A stretch of 64,000 nucleotides of DNA. It comes from an uncultured Acidobacteriota bacterium. Lineage in GTDB: Bacteria; Acidobacteriota; UBA6911. Position 1 is the first letter of the stretch. Each line of letters starts with the position of its first letter. The notes beneath the pieces are model-generated. The model was not told the origin of the DNA. It saw only the letters and a program-made list of their open reading frames with translations, and ran no database searches. The DNA lies in NCBI GenBank assembly GCA_963827655.1, contig CAWHCF010000029.1:32001-96000 (forward strand). The letters run 5' to 3'. Positions 10,469 through 18,631 of this stretch are shown here, in pieces. Position numbers and translations under genes: made by a program.

Positions 10469-10543
10469 ATGACGAGATTCTGCCACATTCTTACTTGTTG
10501 TTGTAGCGGGCGCCATGCGTCGGTGGCAGATGGCGTAACTTAA
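10469..10543 (+). CDS. Cys-rich leader peptide MTRFCHILTCCCSGRHASVADGVT (24 aa), putative attenuator peptide
   Basis: ATG..TAA ORF with TGC plus tandem TGT-TGT-TGT. It lies between the promoter and a terminator upstream of the siroheme synthase genes. It is below the ORF-track size cutoff and its SD is weak. Confidence 0.75.
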   Translation: MTRFCHILTCCCSGRHASVADGVT

Positions 10544-10567
10544 TCCCTGGGAAATGCAGCACTCTTG

Positions 10568-10608
10568 AGCCCGCCACCGGCAATTGCTGGTGGCGGGCTT
10601 TTTATTTT
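10568..10608 (+). terminator. Intrinsic terminator (attenuator 3:4 hairpin)
   Basis: 14-bp stem AGCCCGCCACCGGC / GCTGGTGGCGGGCT (one G-U) with loop AATT, followed by TTTTATTTT immediately before the cysG ATG. Confidence 0.88.
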
Positions 10609-11244
10609 ATGAAGCTTTATCCGGTTCATCTCAAGCTCGAAGGCAAGCAGGCGCTCGTGGTTGGCGGCGGGGAAGTGGCTTCTGTCAAAGCCCGCGCACT
10701 ACTCGAAGGGGGCGCGGTCGTGAAAATCGTTGCGCCGCATTGTTCGGACGAGATGCGTACCCTGATCGAGACTTTTCACCTTTCCTGCGAGCTGCGGCCG
10801 TTCGTGGCCGCGGATTTGAACGATGTCTGGATTGTGGTAGCGGCGACCGGCGATCCGGAATTGCATGAACTGATTTTTCGAGAGGCGACCGCGAGAAACT
10901 TGCTGCTGTGCGTCGCGGATGATCCCGCGCACTCGAACTTCATTGTGCCGGCCGTGCTTCGAAGAGACGAGCTGGTGGTAACGGTTTCGACGTCGGGAAA
11001 GGCTCCGGCGCTGGCAGCAAGGATCCGGGACTACCTGGGAGAGATTCTGGGCGAACAGTACGGGCAGGTTCTGAAACGGCTGGGCACTACACGCGAGCGA
11101 CTTAAAGCGCAATACCCGGATTTTGCGCGCCGCCGGGAAGCGTGGTATCGACTTCTGGATACAGAGGTCATGCCGCAACTTCGGCGCGGAGAACTGCCCA
11201 GCCTGGAGGCGAGAGGGCAGGACTCCAGGGAGAGCGCAGGATGA
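10609..11244 (+). CDS. cysG: Precorrin-2 dehydrogenase/sirohydrochlorin ferrochelatase (CysG N-terminal part, SirC/Met8-like)
   Basis: YPVHL...LVVGGGEVA..K, AATGD, VADDP, VSTSGKAPALA motifs. Confidence 0.92.
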   Translation: MKLYPVHLKLEGKQALVVGGGEVASVKARALLEGGAVVKIVAPHCSDEMRTLIETFHLSCELRPFVAADLNDVWIVVAATGDPELHELIFREATARNLLLCVADDPAHSNFIVPAVLRRDELVVTVSTSGKAPALAARIRDYLGEILGEQYGQVLKRLGTTRERLKAQYPDFARRREAWYRLLDTEVMPQLRRGELPSLEARGQDSRESAG

Positions 11245-11999
11245 ACGGGAAGGTATTTATCGTCGGCGCGGGACCTGGTGACCCAGGGCTGATCACAATG
11301 CGAGGCTTGCAGTGCATCCGCGCGGCCGACGTGCTCGTGTATGACCGGCTGGTCCATCCCTCGTTGTTGAAGGAAGCTCCCGCTCATGCCGAGCATGTCT
11401 ATGTCGGGAAGGAGGCGGACCACCATACCCTGGATCAAGAGAGCATCAATGAGCTTCTGGCGATGCACGCAATGCTGGGACGGAACGTGGTTCGGCTCAA
11501 GGGGGGAGATCCCTTCGTTTTCGGCAGGGGGGGAGAGGAAGCAGTCTTTCTAGCCGAGAGAGGAATATGCTTCGAAGTAGTTCCCGGCATCAGTAGCGCC
11601 ATCGCAGTACCCGCTTTTGCGGGCATCCCGATCACGCAACGGGGCGTCTCGAGCAGCTTTGCCGTGGTTACGGGTCATCTGTGCGGGAAAGAACTTCCGG
11701 TTGATTATGCTGCCATGCTTCGGAGCGTCGGTACCCTCGTGATTCTGATGGGGGTTCGCAGTTTTCCTACGATTGCCAGGCAGCTCCTGGACGGCGCGAT
11801 CGACAAATCAACTCCGGTCGCATTCATCGAGCAGGGAACACACGAATCGCAGCGTACCCTGGTGACGACACTCGAGAACGCGATCCGGGACAGTCGCGAG
11901 GTGCAGCCGCCTGCTGTCATAGTCATCGGCCACGTCGTATCGTTGCGTGAACAGATCGAATGGTTTCACGAAGCAGCGCGCGCTTCCACTTGCCGCTGA
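11241..11999 (+). CDS. cobA: Uroporphyrinogen-III C-methyltransferase
   Basis: VGAGPGDPGLIT, VYDRLV, RLKGGDPFVFGRGGEE, PGISS motifs. The ATGA overlap with the upstream stop puts the start at 11241. Confidence 0.95.
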   Translation: MNGKVFIVGAGPGDPGLITMRGLQCIRAADVLVYDRLVHPSLLKEAPAHAEHVYVGKEADHHTLDQESINELLAMHAMLGRNVVRLKGGDPFVFGRGGEEAVFLAERGICFEVVPGISSAIAVPAFAGIPITQRGVSSSFAVVTGHLCGKELPVDYAAMLRSVGTLVILMGVRSFPTIARQLLDGAIDKSTPVAFIEQGTHESQRTLVTTLENAIRDSREVQPPAVIVIGHVVSLREQIEWFHEAARASTCR

Positions 12000-12004
12000 G
12001 ACCC

Positions 12005-12040
12005 CAATCGTCAATCGTCAATCGTCAATCGTAAATCGTC
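12005..12040. repeat. Heptamer (CAATCGT)n array between convergent genes
   Basis: CAATCGT x4 followed by AAATCGTC, the same unit and variant as at 967-1000. Confidence 0.9.
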
Positions 12041-12439
12041 TCACCCCATCGTGTTGGTGCGCTCCGGAATGATCTTGTAGAGGACCCGCACCTCATCGGG
12101 CTGGCGAAAGGGGTATTTGTCCACGTTCAGGTACTTCTTAGCCATCTTGTTGATGTGGGCGTCAGCCCCTTGCTCGGTGATCTCGGCGACCTTGCCGCGC
12201 ACGCCGAGGTAGCGGTAAGGATTCTGCGGGTCCATGATCGAAAGAGCGACCCTGGGATTCTTCCTCATGTTGCGGTCCTTTACTCTTCCCTTGGCTGAAT
12301 TGACCAGGATGTGTTTGCCGTCGAAGTCAATCCAGACCGGCGTTACTTGTGGACTCCCGTCGGGCATGACGGTCGCAAGACTGGCGAAGACAGGCTGCTC
12401 AAAGAGTTTCTCGAAACCTTCTGGAATTCCATTCGACAT
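12041..12439 (-). CDS. PPOX-class F420-dependent oxidoreductase (split beta-barrel FDOR)
   Basis: LATVMPDGSPQVTPVW, GRVKDRNMRKNPRVAL, DPQNPYRYL and AKKY motifs. It is the last gene of the cof operon. Confidence 0.9.
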   Translation of the reverse strand: MSNGIPEGFEKLFEQPVFASLATVMPDGSPQVTPVWIDFDGKHILVNSAKGRVKDRNMRKNPRVALSIMDPQNPYRYLGVRGKVAEITEQGADAHINKMAKKYLNVDKYPFRQPDEVRVLYKIIPERTNTMG

Positions 12440-12451
12440 AGTTCCTCCTCT

Positions 12452-13255
12452 TTATCGAAAGAGATCGTCTTCCTGGGAACGGATCAGTTCCCGGCCGGAA
12501 CCTGATCCGGGTTGATACTGAAATCCTTCGATTACCACGACCGGGATGCCGAGCGTTTTTCCCATGACAAGTTCCGCAGCCGCGGCCAGCTCGTCAGCCA
12601 CGGCAAGCACCGTAGCGCGCAAAGGCCGCCCGTAGAAATCGACCTTGCCCCTGTAGTCGACCAGAGGGGCAAGTCCTGCTACGCCCAGCGCCACGTTCGT
12701 TAAACCCTGTCGCCAGGGTCTTCCGAAGGTATCGGATATTATCACGGCCAGCTCGACCTTCAGCGCTTCTTCCAGGTCCGAACGCAGTTCCTGTGCCGAT
12801 CGGTCTGGATCTTCCGGCAGCAGGACCACGGTTCCCTTCGGGGCATTCGAGGCATCGACCCCGGCATTGGCGCATACAAATCCGTGGTGAGTTTCAGAGA
12901 TGAGCACGCCCCGATCCATGCGGACTACGCGCTTCGTCTCTCGAAGAACGGCCTCCACCATCCTCGGGTCCTTATCGTGCCGGCTGGCCCATTCCTGCGC
13001 CTGGACCGAGGGCCTTACCGTTTCGAGGTCGACGAGCCGCCCCTCCGCTTTACTCACGACCTTCTGAGCCACGACCAGGATACTGCCGGGCCGGACCCAT
13101 GCATCGGAGGAGTCAACCTGGCGGCGGGGCGCTTCCGTATCGGTCGTTCCGGAGCGTTGACGGAGGGCCGCGAGAATTGTTTCGCACAGGTTATCTCCTG
13201 GGTTGATCTCGGGCATTCCTTCGAGACCCCAGATTCGCACCTCGCTAGGTGGCAT
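12452..13255 (-). CDS. cofE: Coenzyme F420-0:L-glutamate ligase (single-domain CofE)
   Basis: AQKVVSKAEGR, GFVCANAGVDASN, LLPEDPDRSA, ISDTFGRPWR, ADELA, DDLFR. Likely start MPPSEV at 13255. Confidence 0.93.
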   Translation of the reverse strand: MPPSEVRIWGLEGMPEINPGDNLCETILAALRQRSGTTDTEAPRRQVDSSDAWVRPGSILVVAQKVVSKAEGRLVDLETVRPSVQAQEWASRHDKDPRMVEAVLRETKRVVRMDRGVLISETHHGFVCANAGVDASNAPKGTVVLLPEDPDRSAQELRSDLEEALKVELAVIISDTFGRPWRQGLTNVALGVAGLAPLVDYRGKVDFYGRPLRATVLAVADELAAAAELVMGKTLGIPVVVIEGFQYQPGSGSGRELIRSQEDDLFR

Positions 13256-13910
13256 GCTCCATGAGCCTTTCTTCAATCCTGAGATCGCGCAGGAGGCGAT
13301 AACTTTCGGTTTGAGACGCATCTTTCATGAACCAGAGAATGTCGGAAGGGGTATCAAGGTCGAGGGCGATGCGGTTGTTCTCCAGGATCGTGAATGAGGC
13401 CTGGACGCGCATGGCTTCCTGCGTGTGGAGGACCAGGCTATTGTGGCCGAAGCGTGAAGCGAAAAGATTTGGAGGCATGCGGATCAGGGCGTTCGTTCCC
13501 AAGAAGTCGCGTGAAGGCACAAGGATGGAAGAGCCGTTTTCGAGGGTTTGGTTCATGAGCGCATGGATGTCTTCCGGCTGCACCAGCGGAATGTCGGCCG
13601 GCAGCCTGAGCACGGCCTCCGTGCCTTGCATTGCGAGTAGATTCGACGCGCGATCGACCGACGCGCTCTCTGATATTTGCTCGCTTTCCCAGAATATCCG
13701 CCATCCCAATTCGCGAGCCGCATTCGCGGCTCTGGTCGAGCCGGTCACAACGGCTATCTGCGATGCCGGCGAAATCGAGCGCAGCGCGCGCGCCACATCC
13801 TGAAACATAGCCCAGGCGAGCCTGGAACGTTCTTCCGAGGCTAACGCCGGAGCCATCCTCAGCTTGGCCTGCTCCGGATCTTTCACCGGTATCAGAATCA
13901 CGGGCGGCAT
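13245..13910 (-). CDS. cofC: 2-phospho-L-lactate/PEP guanylyltransferase
   Basis: LIPVK...AKLRM, PADIP, GTNAL, FGHNS...H, LDLDTPSD. The real start is MPPVIL at 13910 (the ORF-track start overlaps cofD). Confidence 0.9.
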   Translation of the reverse strand: MPPVILIPVKDPEQAKLRMAPALASEERSRLAWAMFQDVARALRSISPASQIAVVTGSTRAANAARELGWRIFWESEQISESASVDRASNLLAMQGTEAVLRLPADIPLVQPEDIHALMNQTLENGSSILVPSRDFLGTNALIRMPPNLFASRFGHNSLVLHTQEAMRVQASFTILENNRIALDLDTPSDILWFMKDASQTESYRLLRDLRIEERLMEHAT

Positions 13911-13983
13911 GCGACTCACTACCTCGGCCGGGGTGGCGGCGAGTACTTGAAACCAACGCCGCCGCCAGGACGAACAGACGCGA

Positions 13984-14907
13984 TCACACCATCTCGACCA
14001 CCTTCCGGGCCAGATCAATCTTGGATTGGTGATCATCCATGAGGGTGTCAGCCAGGCGTACCTGCAGCCCCAGGCTGGCAACACGAGGTAACAGGCCGGC
14101 ATCCCGCTCGTCCAGCACGAAAAGATCGACGAAATCACTATACATGCGGGCGACCGAAAGGGCCGAGACGTCTTGCCCCATTTCGCGCAGCATGCGCGCC
14201 GTGGGGCCTTTGATAGCCCGTCCGGCAATGATCGGGGTAATGGCCACGATTCGGGCATCAGTCTCATGAAGCGCTTCCCGAATCCCGGGCACGGCAAGGA
14301 TTGGACCGATGCTAATGTAAGGGTTACTGGGACAGATAAAGACCACCTCGGCCGCGCCTATGGCCTCGAGCACACCAGGGGCCGGACTGGCATCTTCGAT
14401 CGCCCGGAACAGGAAATCCTTTACGCGCGGCTCGCATCTTCTCCGCACGAAGTAATCCTGAAAAGCCAGTGTCCCCTCGTCGGTTTGAATCTCCGTGGGA
14501 ACATAGCTGTTGGTCATGGGCAGGATCACTGAACGAATGCCGCTCTTGCGAGAAATGTCACCGGTGACTTGGCCGAGGGTGTTTCCCTCGCGGATCTTTT
14601 GCGAACGATAAATGTGGGTGGCGAGATCGCGGTCTCCAAGTTTGAACCAGGTGTCGCACCCCAGCGTTTGCAAGCGCTCGAGGGCATGGAAGCTGTCGCC
14701 GAGTATACCCCATCCAGTCTCAGGATTAGCCAGCCCGGCCAGAGTGTACGTGACCGTGTCCAAATCCGGACAGATGTAAAGACCCATCCACTGAAAGTCG
14801 TCGCCCGTGTTGACGATGATGGTGACCTGCTCCGGCGGAAGAACCGCCATCAACCCGGCGAGGAATTTCGAAGCCCCGATGCCTCCGGCTAGTGCGACGG
14901 CCTTCAC
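13984..14907 (-). CDS. cofD: 2-phospho-L-lactate transferase
   Basis: [62 protein letters not shown]. Confidence 0.95.
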   Translation of the reverse strand: MKAVALAGGIGASKFLAGLMAVLPPEQVTIIVNTGDDFQWMGLYICPDLDTVTYTLAGLANPETGWGILGDSFHALERLQTLGCDTWFKLGDRDLATHIYRSQKIREGNTLGQVTGDISRKSGIRSVILPMTNSYVPTEIQTDEGTLAFQDYFVRRRCEPRVKDFLFRAIEDASPAPGVLEAIGAAEVVFICPSNPYISIGPILAVPGIREALHETDARIVAITPIIAGRAIKGPTARMLREMGQDVSALSVARMYSDFVDLFVLDERDAGLLPRVASLGLQVRLADTLMDDHQSKIDLARKVVEMV

Positions 14908-14990
14908 TGACTAGATCCTCGAAGCGTTTCGACTGTTCATGATCCGCAAGCGGGAACAAGCGCCAACGCCAAGACGCGAAGGACCCCTTA

Positions 14991-15114
14991 GGGTTCGCGC
15001 AGAAATAAGTTCGCCCGAAGGGGCGCGATCCTCAGCGTGCTTAGCGAACAGAAACGGTTCATGATTGACCACCGACTCTCGCGCCAGAATGTGAAGTTAT
15101 TTCTGCGCGAGCCC
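14991..15114. mobile_element. MITE copy 1 (internally deleted, 124 bp, opposite orientation to copies 2 and 3)
   Basis: TIRs GGGTTCGCGCAGAAATAA...TTATTTCTGCGCGAGCCC flanked by a TTA direct repeat (14988-14990, 15115-15117). The sequence matches the elements at 19942 and 56756. Confidence 0.85.
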
Positions 15115-15777
15115 TTAGAGTCCCTCGATTCGGTAGCGGGCGCCCTTCTTCTTGTAATGACGATTGAGGTGAATGGCGAGTACCGTCATGCGTTCGAGGG
15201 TTCGAGCGGTTTTCAACGGCCCGGCATCAAGAGGTCGAAGAGTAGGAATCAGTCCCGCAGCCGCCATGACTTTCTTTCTGGCATCCTGGGAGTCGCTGCA
15301 TACCAGGACGTCGCACTGGAGCGGAACATCGGTTTCTGCAAGGATGTGCGCCGGGATGGTCTTGAAGGCCGCAACGACCTGGACACTTTCGGGTACAAGA
15401 CTGGCGATCAGTTCCGCATTGGAGCCTTCGGACGGTTCCAGATACTCGACCTGTCCGGCTTTGAATTGCATCGGAACCGTTACGTCAACCAGAACCAGAT
15501 TCGCGGGAAAATCGGCTCGCAACCCCTCGAGCGCGGCTTTCGCGTGATCGAACGGGACCGTGAGGAAGACTATTTCCGATGAAGCCAGCATTTCGGAATT
15601 AGTCATTCCACGGATGAGGGCGTTACCTATTTCATTGTTGTACTCCTGGGCCGCCGACTGGGCGCGTTCAGCCGACCGCGAGCCAACAATGACCCGAACA
15701 CCCGCAAGTGCAAAACGTAGTGCGAGCCCTTTACCCTCGATGCCTGTGCCGCCCAAGAAACCGATCTGTCCAATCAT
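15115..15777 (-). CDS. npdG: NADPH-dependent F420 reductase (Fno)
   Basis: IGFLGGTGIEGKGLA, GSRSAERA, LTVP, VDVTVPM, GSNAE, VVAAF, DAGPL..ARTLE. It sits at the head of the cof cluster. Confidence 0.9.
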   Translation of the reverse strand: MIGQIGFLGGTGIEGKGLALRFALAGVRVIVGSRSAERAQSAAQEYNNEIGNALIRGMTNSEMLASSEIVFLTVPFDHAKAALEGLRADFPANLVLVDVTVPMQFKAGQVEYLEPSEGSNAELIASLVPESVQVVAAFKTIPAHILAETDVPLQCDVLVCSDSQDARKKVMAAAGLIPTLRPLDAGPLKTARTLERMTVLAIHLNRHYKKKGARYRIEGL

Positions 15778-15860
15778 CTGGTGCCACCTCTTCTACGCCG
15801 TTAACTAAACCAGGCAAGGGCTGCGCCCCCTTGGTCTCCGCCAAAAGCAGCAGATATGGG

Positions 15861-15955
15861 AGCAGAAAGTCAGGAGCCAGAATGGCTCGTGCAGTCGGAC
15901 TCGAGCCGGCTTGAGGTGCCGATGAAAATTCTGGCTTCTGACGCCTTGCTTCTAA
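15861..15955. repeat. Inverted period-7 repeat (AGYCAGR / YTCTGRC) in a divergent intergenic region
   Basis: AGCAGAAAGTCAGGAGCCAGAAT faces ATTCTGGCTTCTGACGCCTTGCT. Confidence 0.55.
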
Positions 15956-16114
15956 CGCGAACAGAATTCTAATAAAGTTTCGTATGACGGCCTAAACTAA
16001 CCGCAAAGACGCGAAGACAACCAATGCTATTCATTCCTGGTCCCTGGAGTCTTTGTGGTTATCTTCACCGGACGATGTGACATAATGCCGGACATTTCAA
16101 GCCGGAGCAACGCA

Positions 16115-17206
16115 ATGTATTCATTCGAACCATCCGACGAACAGAGAATGCTGATAGACGCTGCCAGAAAGTTCGCTGCCAGGGAGCTTCAGAGCCAGCT
16201 TCGTGAGGGGGACCAGACATGCCAGCTGCCGCCCGAAATGACACAGGCGGGCTGGGAACTGGGTCTTCTGCCCGCGAGCATTCCAGAGACCTACGGCGGG
16301 TTTGGAGAACGTTCAGCGGTCACGGGCGTGCTTGCGGCAGAGGAGCTGGCGTGGGGAGATCTCGCGGGCGCGCTGGCCTTGATGGCACCCAACCTCATCG
16401 CATTTCCTGTGCTTCTGTGCGGGAGTCCGGAACAGAAAGAGACGATTCTTCCCAGGTTCTGTTCCGAATCCTACATTCCCGGATCGGCGGCGCTCATGGA
16501 GCCCCGTTACAACTTCGACCCAAACGCGCTTGCGACGACCGCTATCCGATCGAATGGAAACTACGTCTTGTCGGGAGCAAAGTGCAACGTTCTGTACGCT
16601 GCCGAGGCCGAGTGGATGCTGGTATACGCCGGCCTGGATGGCAAGACTGAAGGGTTTCTCGCGCGTCGCGATACTCCCGGGCTGGCGGTCAAGGAGCGGG
16701 AGCAGAATATGGGCATGAAGGCACTTCCTCTCTATTTCGTGGAGTTTAAAGAGTGCGCAATTCCTGCTTCACAGCGTTTGGGTGGCTCTGCGGGATGCGA
16801 TTTCGACCTGCTCTTGAATTCATTCCGTGTGGCGCTCAGCGCGATGGCGCTGGGAGTCGCGCGCGCCGCTTACGAGTACGGCCTCCAGTACGCCAAGAAT
16901 AGAAAGGCATTCGGCGAAGCTATCGCCCAGCGGCAGGCAATCGCATTCATGCTCGCGGAAATGATCACGGATCTCGAGGCCGCCCGCATGATGGTGTGGG
17001 AGGCAGCCTGGTTTCTCGACCAAGGCAGGCCAGCGACTCGCGAAGCCTATCTGGCGAAGAACTTTGCGGATGACATGGTCCTCATGGTGACCGACCGCAC
17101 CGTGCAGATCCTGGGAGGACACGGCTATATCCGGGACTACCCGGCCGAGCTCTGGCTGCGCAATGCGCGCGGATTCGCCGTCATGGAAGGCATTGCGATG
17201 GTCTGA
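16115..17206 (+). CDS. Acyl-CoA dehydrogenase, FadE24-like (short C-terminus)
   Basis: EELAWGD, ALMEP, RKAFGEAIAQRQAIAFMLA, VQILGGHGYIRDYPAELWLRNAR. GGAG SD before MYSFEP. Confidence 0.9.
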   Translation: MYSFEPSDEQRMLIDAARKFAARELQSQLREGDQTCQLPPEMTQAGWELGLLPASIPETYGGFGERSAVTGVLAAEELAWGDLAGALALMAPNLIAFPVLLCGSPEQKETILPRFCSESYIPGSAALMEPRYNFDPNALATTAIRSNGNYVLSGAKCNVLYAAEAEWMLVYAGLDGKTEGFLARRDTPGLAVKEREQNMGMKALPLYFVEFKECAIPASQRLGGSAGCDFDLLLNSFRVALSAMALGVARAAYEYGLQYAKNRKAFGEAIAQRQAIAFMLAEMITDLEAARMMVWEAAWFLDQGRPATREAYLAKNFADDMVLMVTDRTVQILGGHGYIRDYPAELWLRNARGFAVMEGIAMV

Positions 17207-17251
17207 CGATGAGTGTTGCCTGAGAACAATTTCTTTCTGCCGACTCCTGAG

Positions 17252-17279
17252 GCCGATGGCTGACAGCTGATAGCTGAGT
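17252..17279. repeat. Period-7 tandem repeat GCTGANN
   Basis: GCCGATG-GCTGACA-GCTGATA-GCTGAGT in the spacer between the two ACAD genes. Confidence 0.55.
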
Positions 17280-17297
17280 CTGGCAGTGAGGTAATCC

Positions 17298-18518
17298 ATG
17301 ATCAGCTTTGAAATGCCGGACGAAATCAAACAGCAGGTCGATTTCACTCAGTCCGTCGCGCGCAAGATGATGCGTTCAAGCGCTCGTTATTACGATGAGA
17401 ACGAACATCAGATTCCCTGGGACTACGTCAACCTCATGTGGGAGGCTTCCCTCAAAACGGGCAGAAGTTTTCGCTCCGGGGCGACGCGGACGGGGGACGG
17501 TCCCAGTCTGGTCTCGACCATGCTGATTCACACCATCGAATCTCTTTCCTGGGGGGATGCAGGAATCTATCTTTGCACACCGGGCGCAGGACTTGGCGGC
17601 GCGGCGGTCGAAGCCACCGGGACCAAGGAGCAGAAAGAGCGGTTCCTGGCCAAGTATCGCGAGGGAAAACCTAAATGGGCCAGCATGGCGATGACCGAGC
17701 CGCACTGCGGGTCCGATACGGCGGCCATCAAGACGACCGCGGTGCGCAGTGGAGACTTCTGGGTATTGAACGGCGAGAAGATTTTTGTCACCGGCGGCCA
17801 CAAATCGATGATCGATTCCGACGGCTTCATGGTGGTTTGGGCTACCGTCGATCCTTCGGCAGGGAGAGCCGGGATGAAACCCTTTGTGGTGGAGGCCGGA
17901 ACTCCGGGGGTCACGATTACGAAGCTCGAGCACAAGTTGGGAATCAGGGCCAGCGACACCGCCGCGGTATTACTCGAAAACTGCCGGCTGCCACTGGACA
18001 GTCTGCTCGGCAGCCCGGAAGTCGTCGACCGGACCAAAGGATTCAAGGGCGCGATGGCAACCTTCGACGCCACCCGTCCCTCGGTCGCCGCGAGCGCGCT
18101 CGGGATCGCGCGCGCCACCATCGAACATCTAAAGGAACTGCTGGCGCAGGAGGGCATTGTTATTCGTTACCACACGCCGCGAAATCTACTGTCTGCGATC
18201 GAAAGGGATGTCGTGGAGATGGAAGCTCAACTTCGAGCGGGTTGGCTGCTCACGTTGAAAGCGGCCTGGCTGATGGACCAGCGATTGCCGAATACAATCG
18301 AGGCCTCCATGTGCAAGGTGAAGGCAGGAGAAGTCGTGACCCGCGTGACTCAGAAAGCCGTAGAGCTGATGGGACCGCTGGGATACTCCCGAAAGCTGCT
18401 CTTCGAAAAGTGGATGCGCGATGCCAAGATTAATGACCTTTTCGAAGGAACGGGGCAGATAAATCGGCTGATCGTCGCTCGCAGAATCCTGGGATATTCG
18501 AGCAAGGAACTCAAGTAG
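17298..18518 (+). CDS. Acyl-CoA dehydrogenase, FadE23-like
   Basis: MAMTEPHCGSD, LNGEKIFVT, KLGIRASDT, FDATRP, EKWMRDAKINDLFEGTGQI...RRILGYSSKELK. Confidence 0.92.
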   Translation: MISFEMPDEIKQQVDFTQSVARKMMRSSARYYDENEHQIPWDYVNLMWEASLKTGRSFRSGATRTGDGPSLVSTMLIHTIESLSWGDAGIYLCTPGAGLGGAAVEATGTKEQKERFLAKYREGKPKWASMAMTEPHCGSDTAAIKTTAVRSGDFWVLNGEKIFVTGGHKSMIDSDGFMVVWATVDPSAGRAGMKPFVVEAGTPGVTITKLEHKLGIRASDTAAVLLENCRLPLDSLLGSPEVVDRTKGFKGAMATFDATRPSVAASALGIARATIEHLKELLAQEGIVIRYHTPRNLLSAIERDVVEMEAQLRAGWLLTLKAAWLMDQRLPNTIEASMCKVKAGEVVTRVTQKAVELMGPLGYSRKLLFEKWMRDAKINDLFEGTGQINRLIVARRILGYSSKELK

Positions 18519-18631
18519 ATTGCGGATTGTCGGATTGCGGATTGCGGATTTCGGATTGCGGATTGTGGATTGGATCTGTCGATACTCAGGTCAAAAAATC
18601 CGCAACTCCGAAATCCGCAATCGGCACAATC
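18517..18631. repeat. Inverted arrays of the heptamer GATTGCG/CGCAATC between convergent genes
   Basis: About 8 degenerate GATTGCG units at 18517-18575 face about 5 complementary units (AATCCGCA, AAATCCGCAATC) at 18597-18631. Confidence 0.9.

Noticed and set aside
15883-15960. tRNA-like 3' end on the minus strand (GCCGG-CTCGAGT-CCGAC-7 nt-G-CCA)
   Set aside because: The T-loop is CTCGA rather than TTCGA, the stem has a mismatch, and there is no credible D arm, anticodon arm or paired acceptor stem. The flanks are better explained as period-7 inverted repeats.
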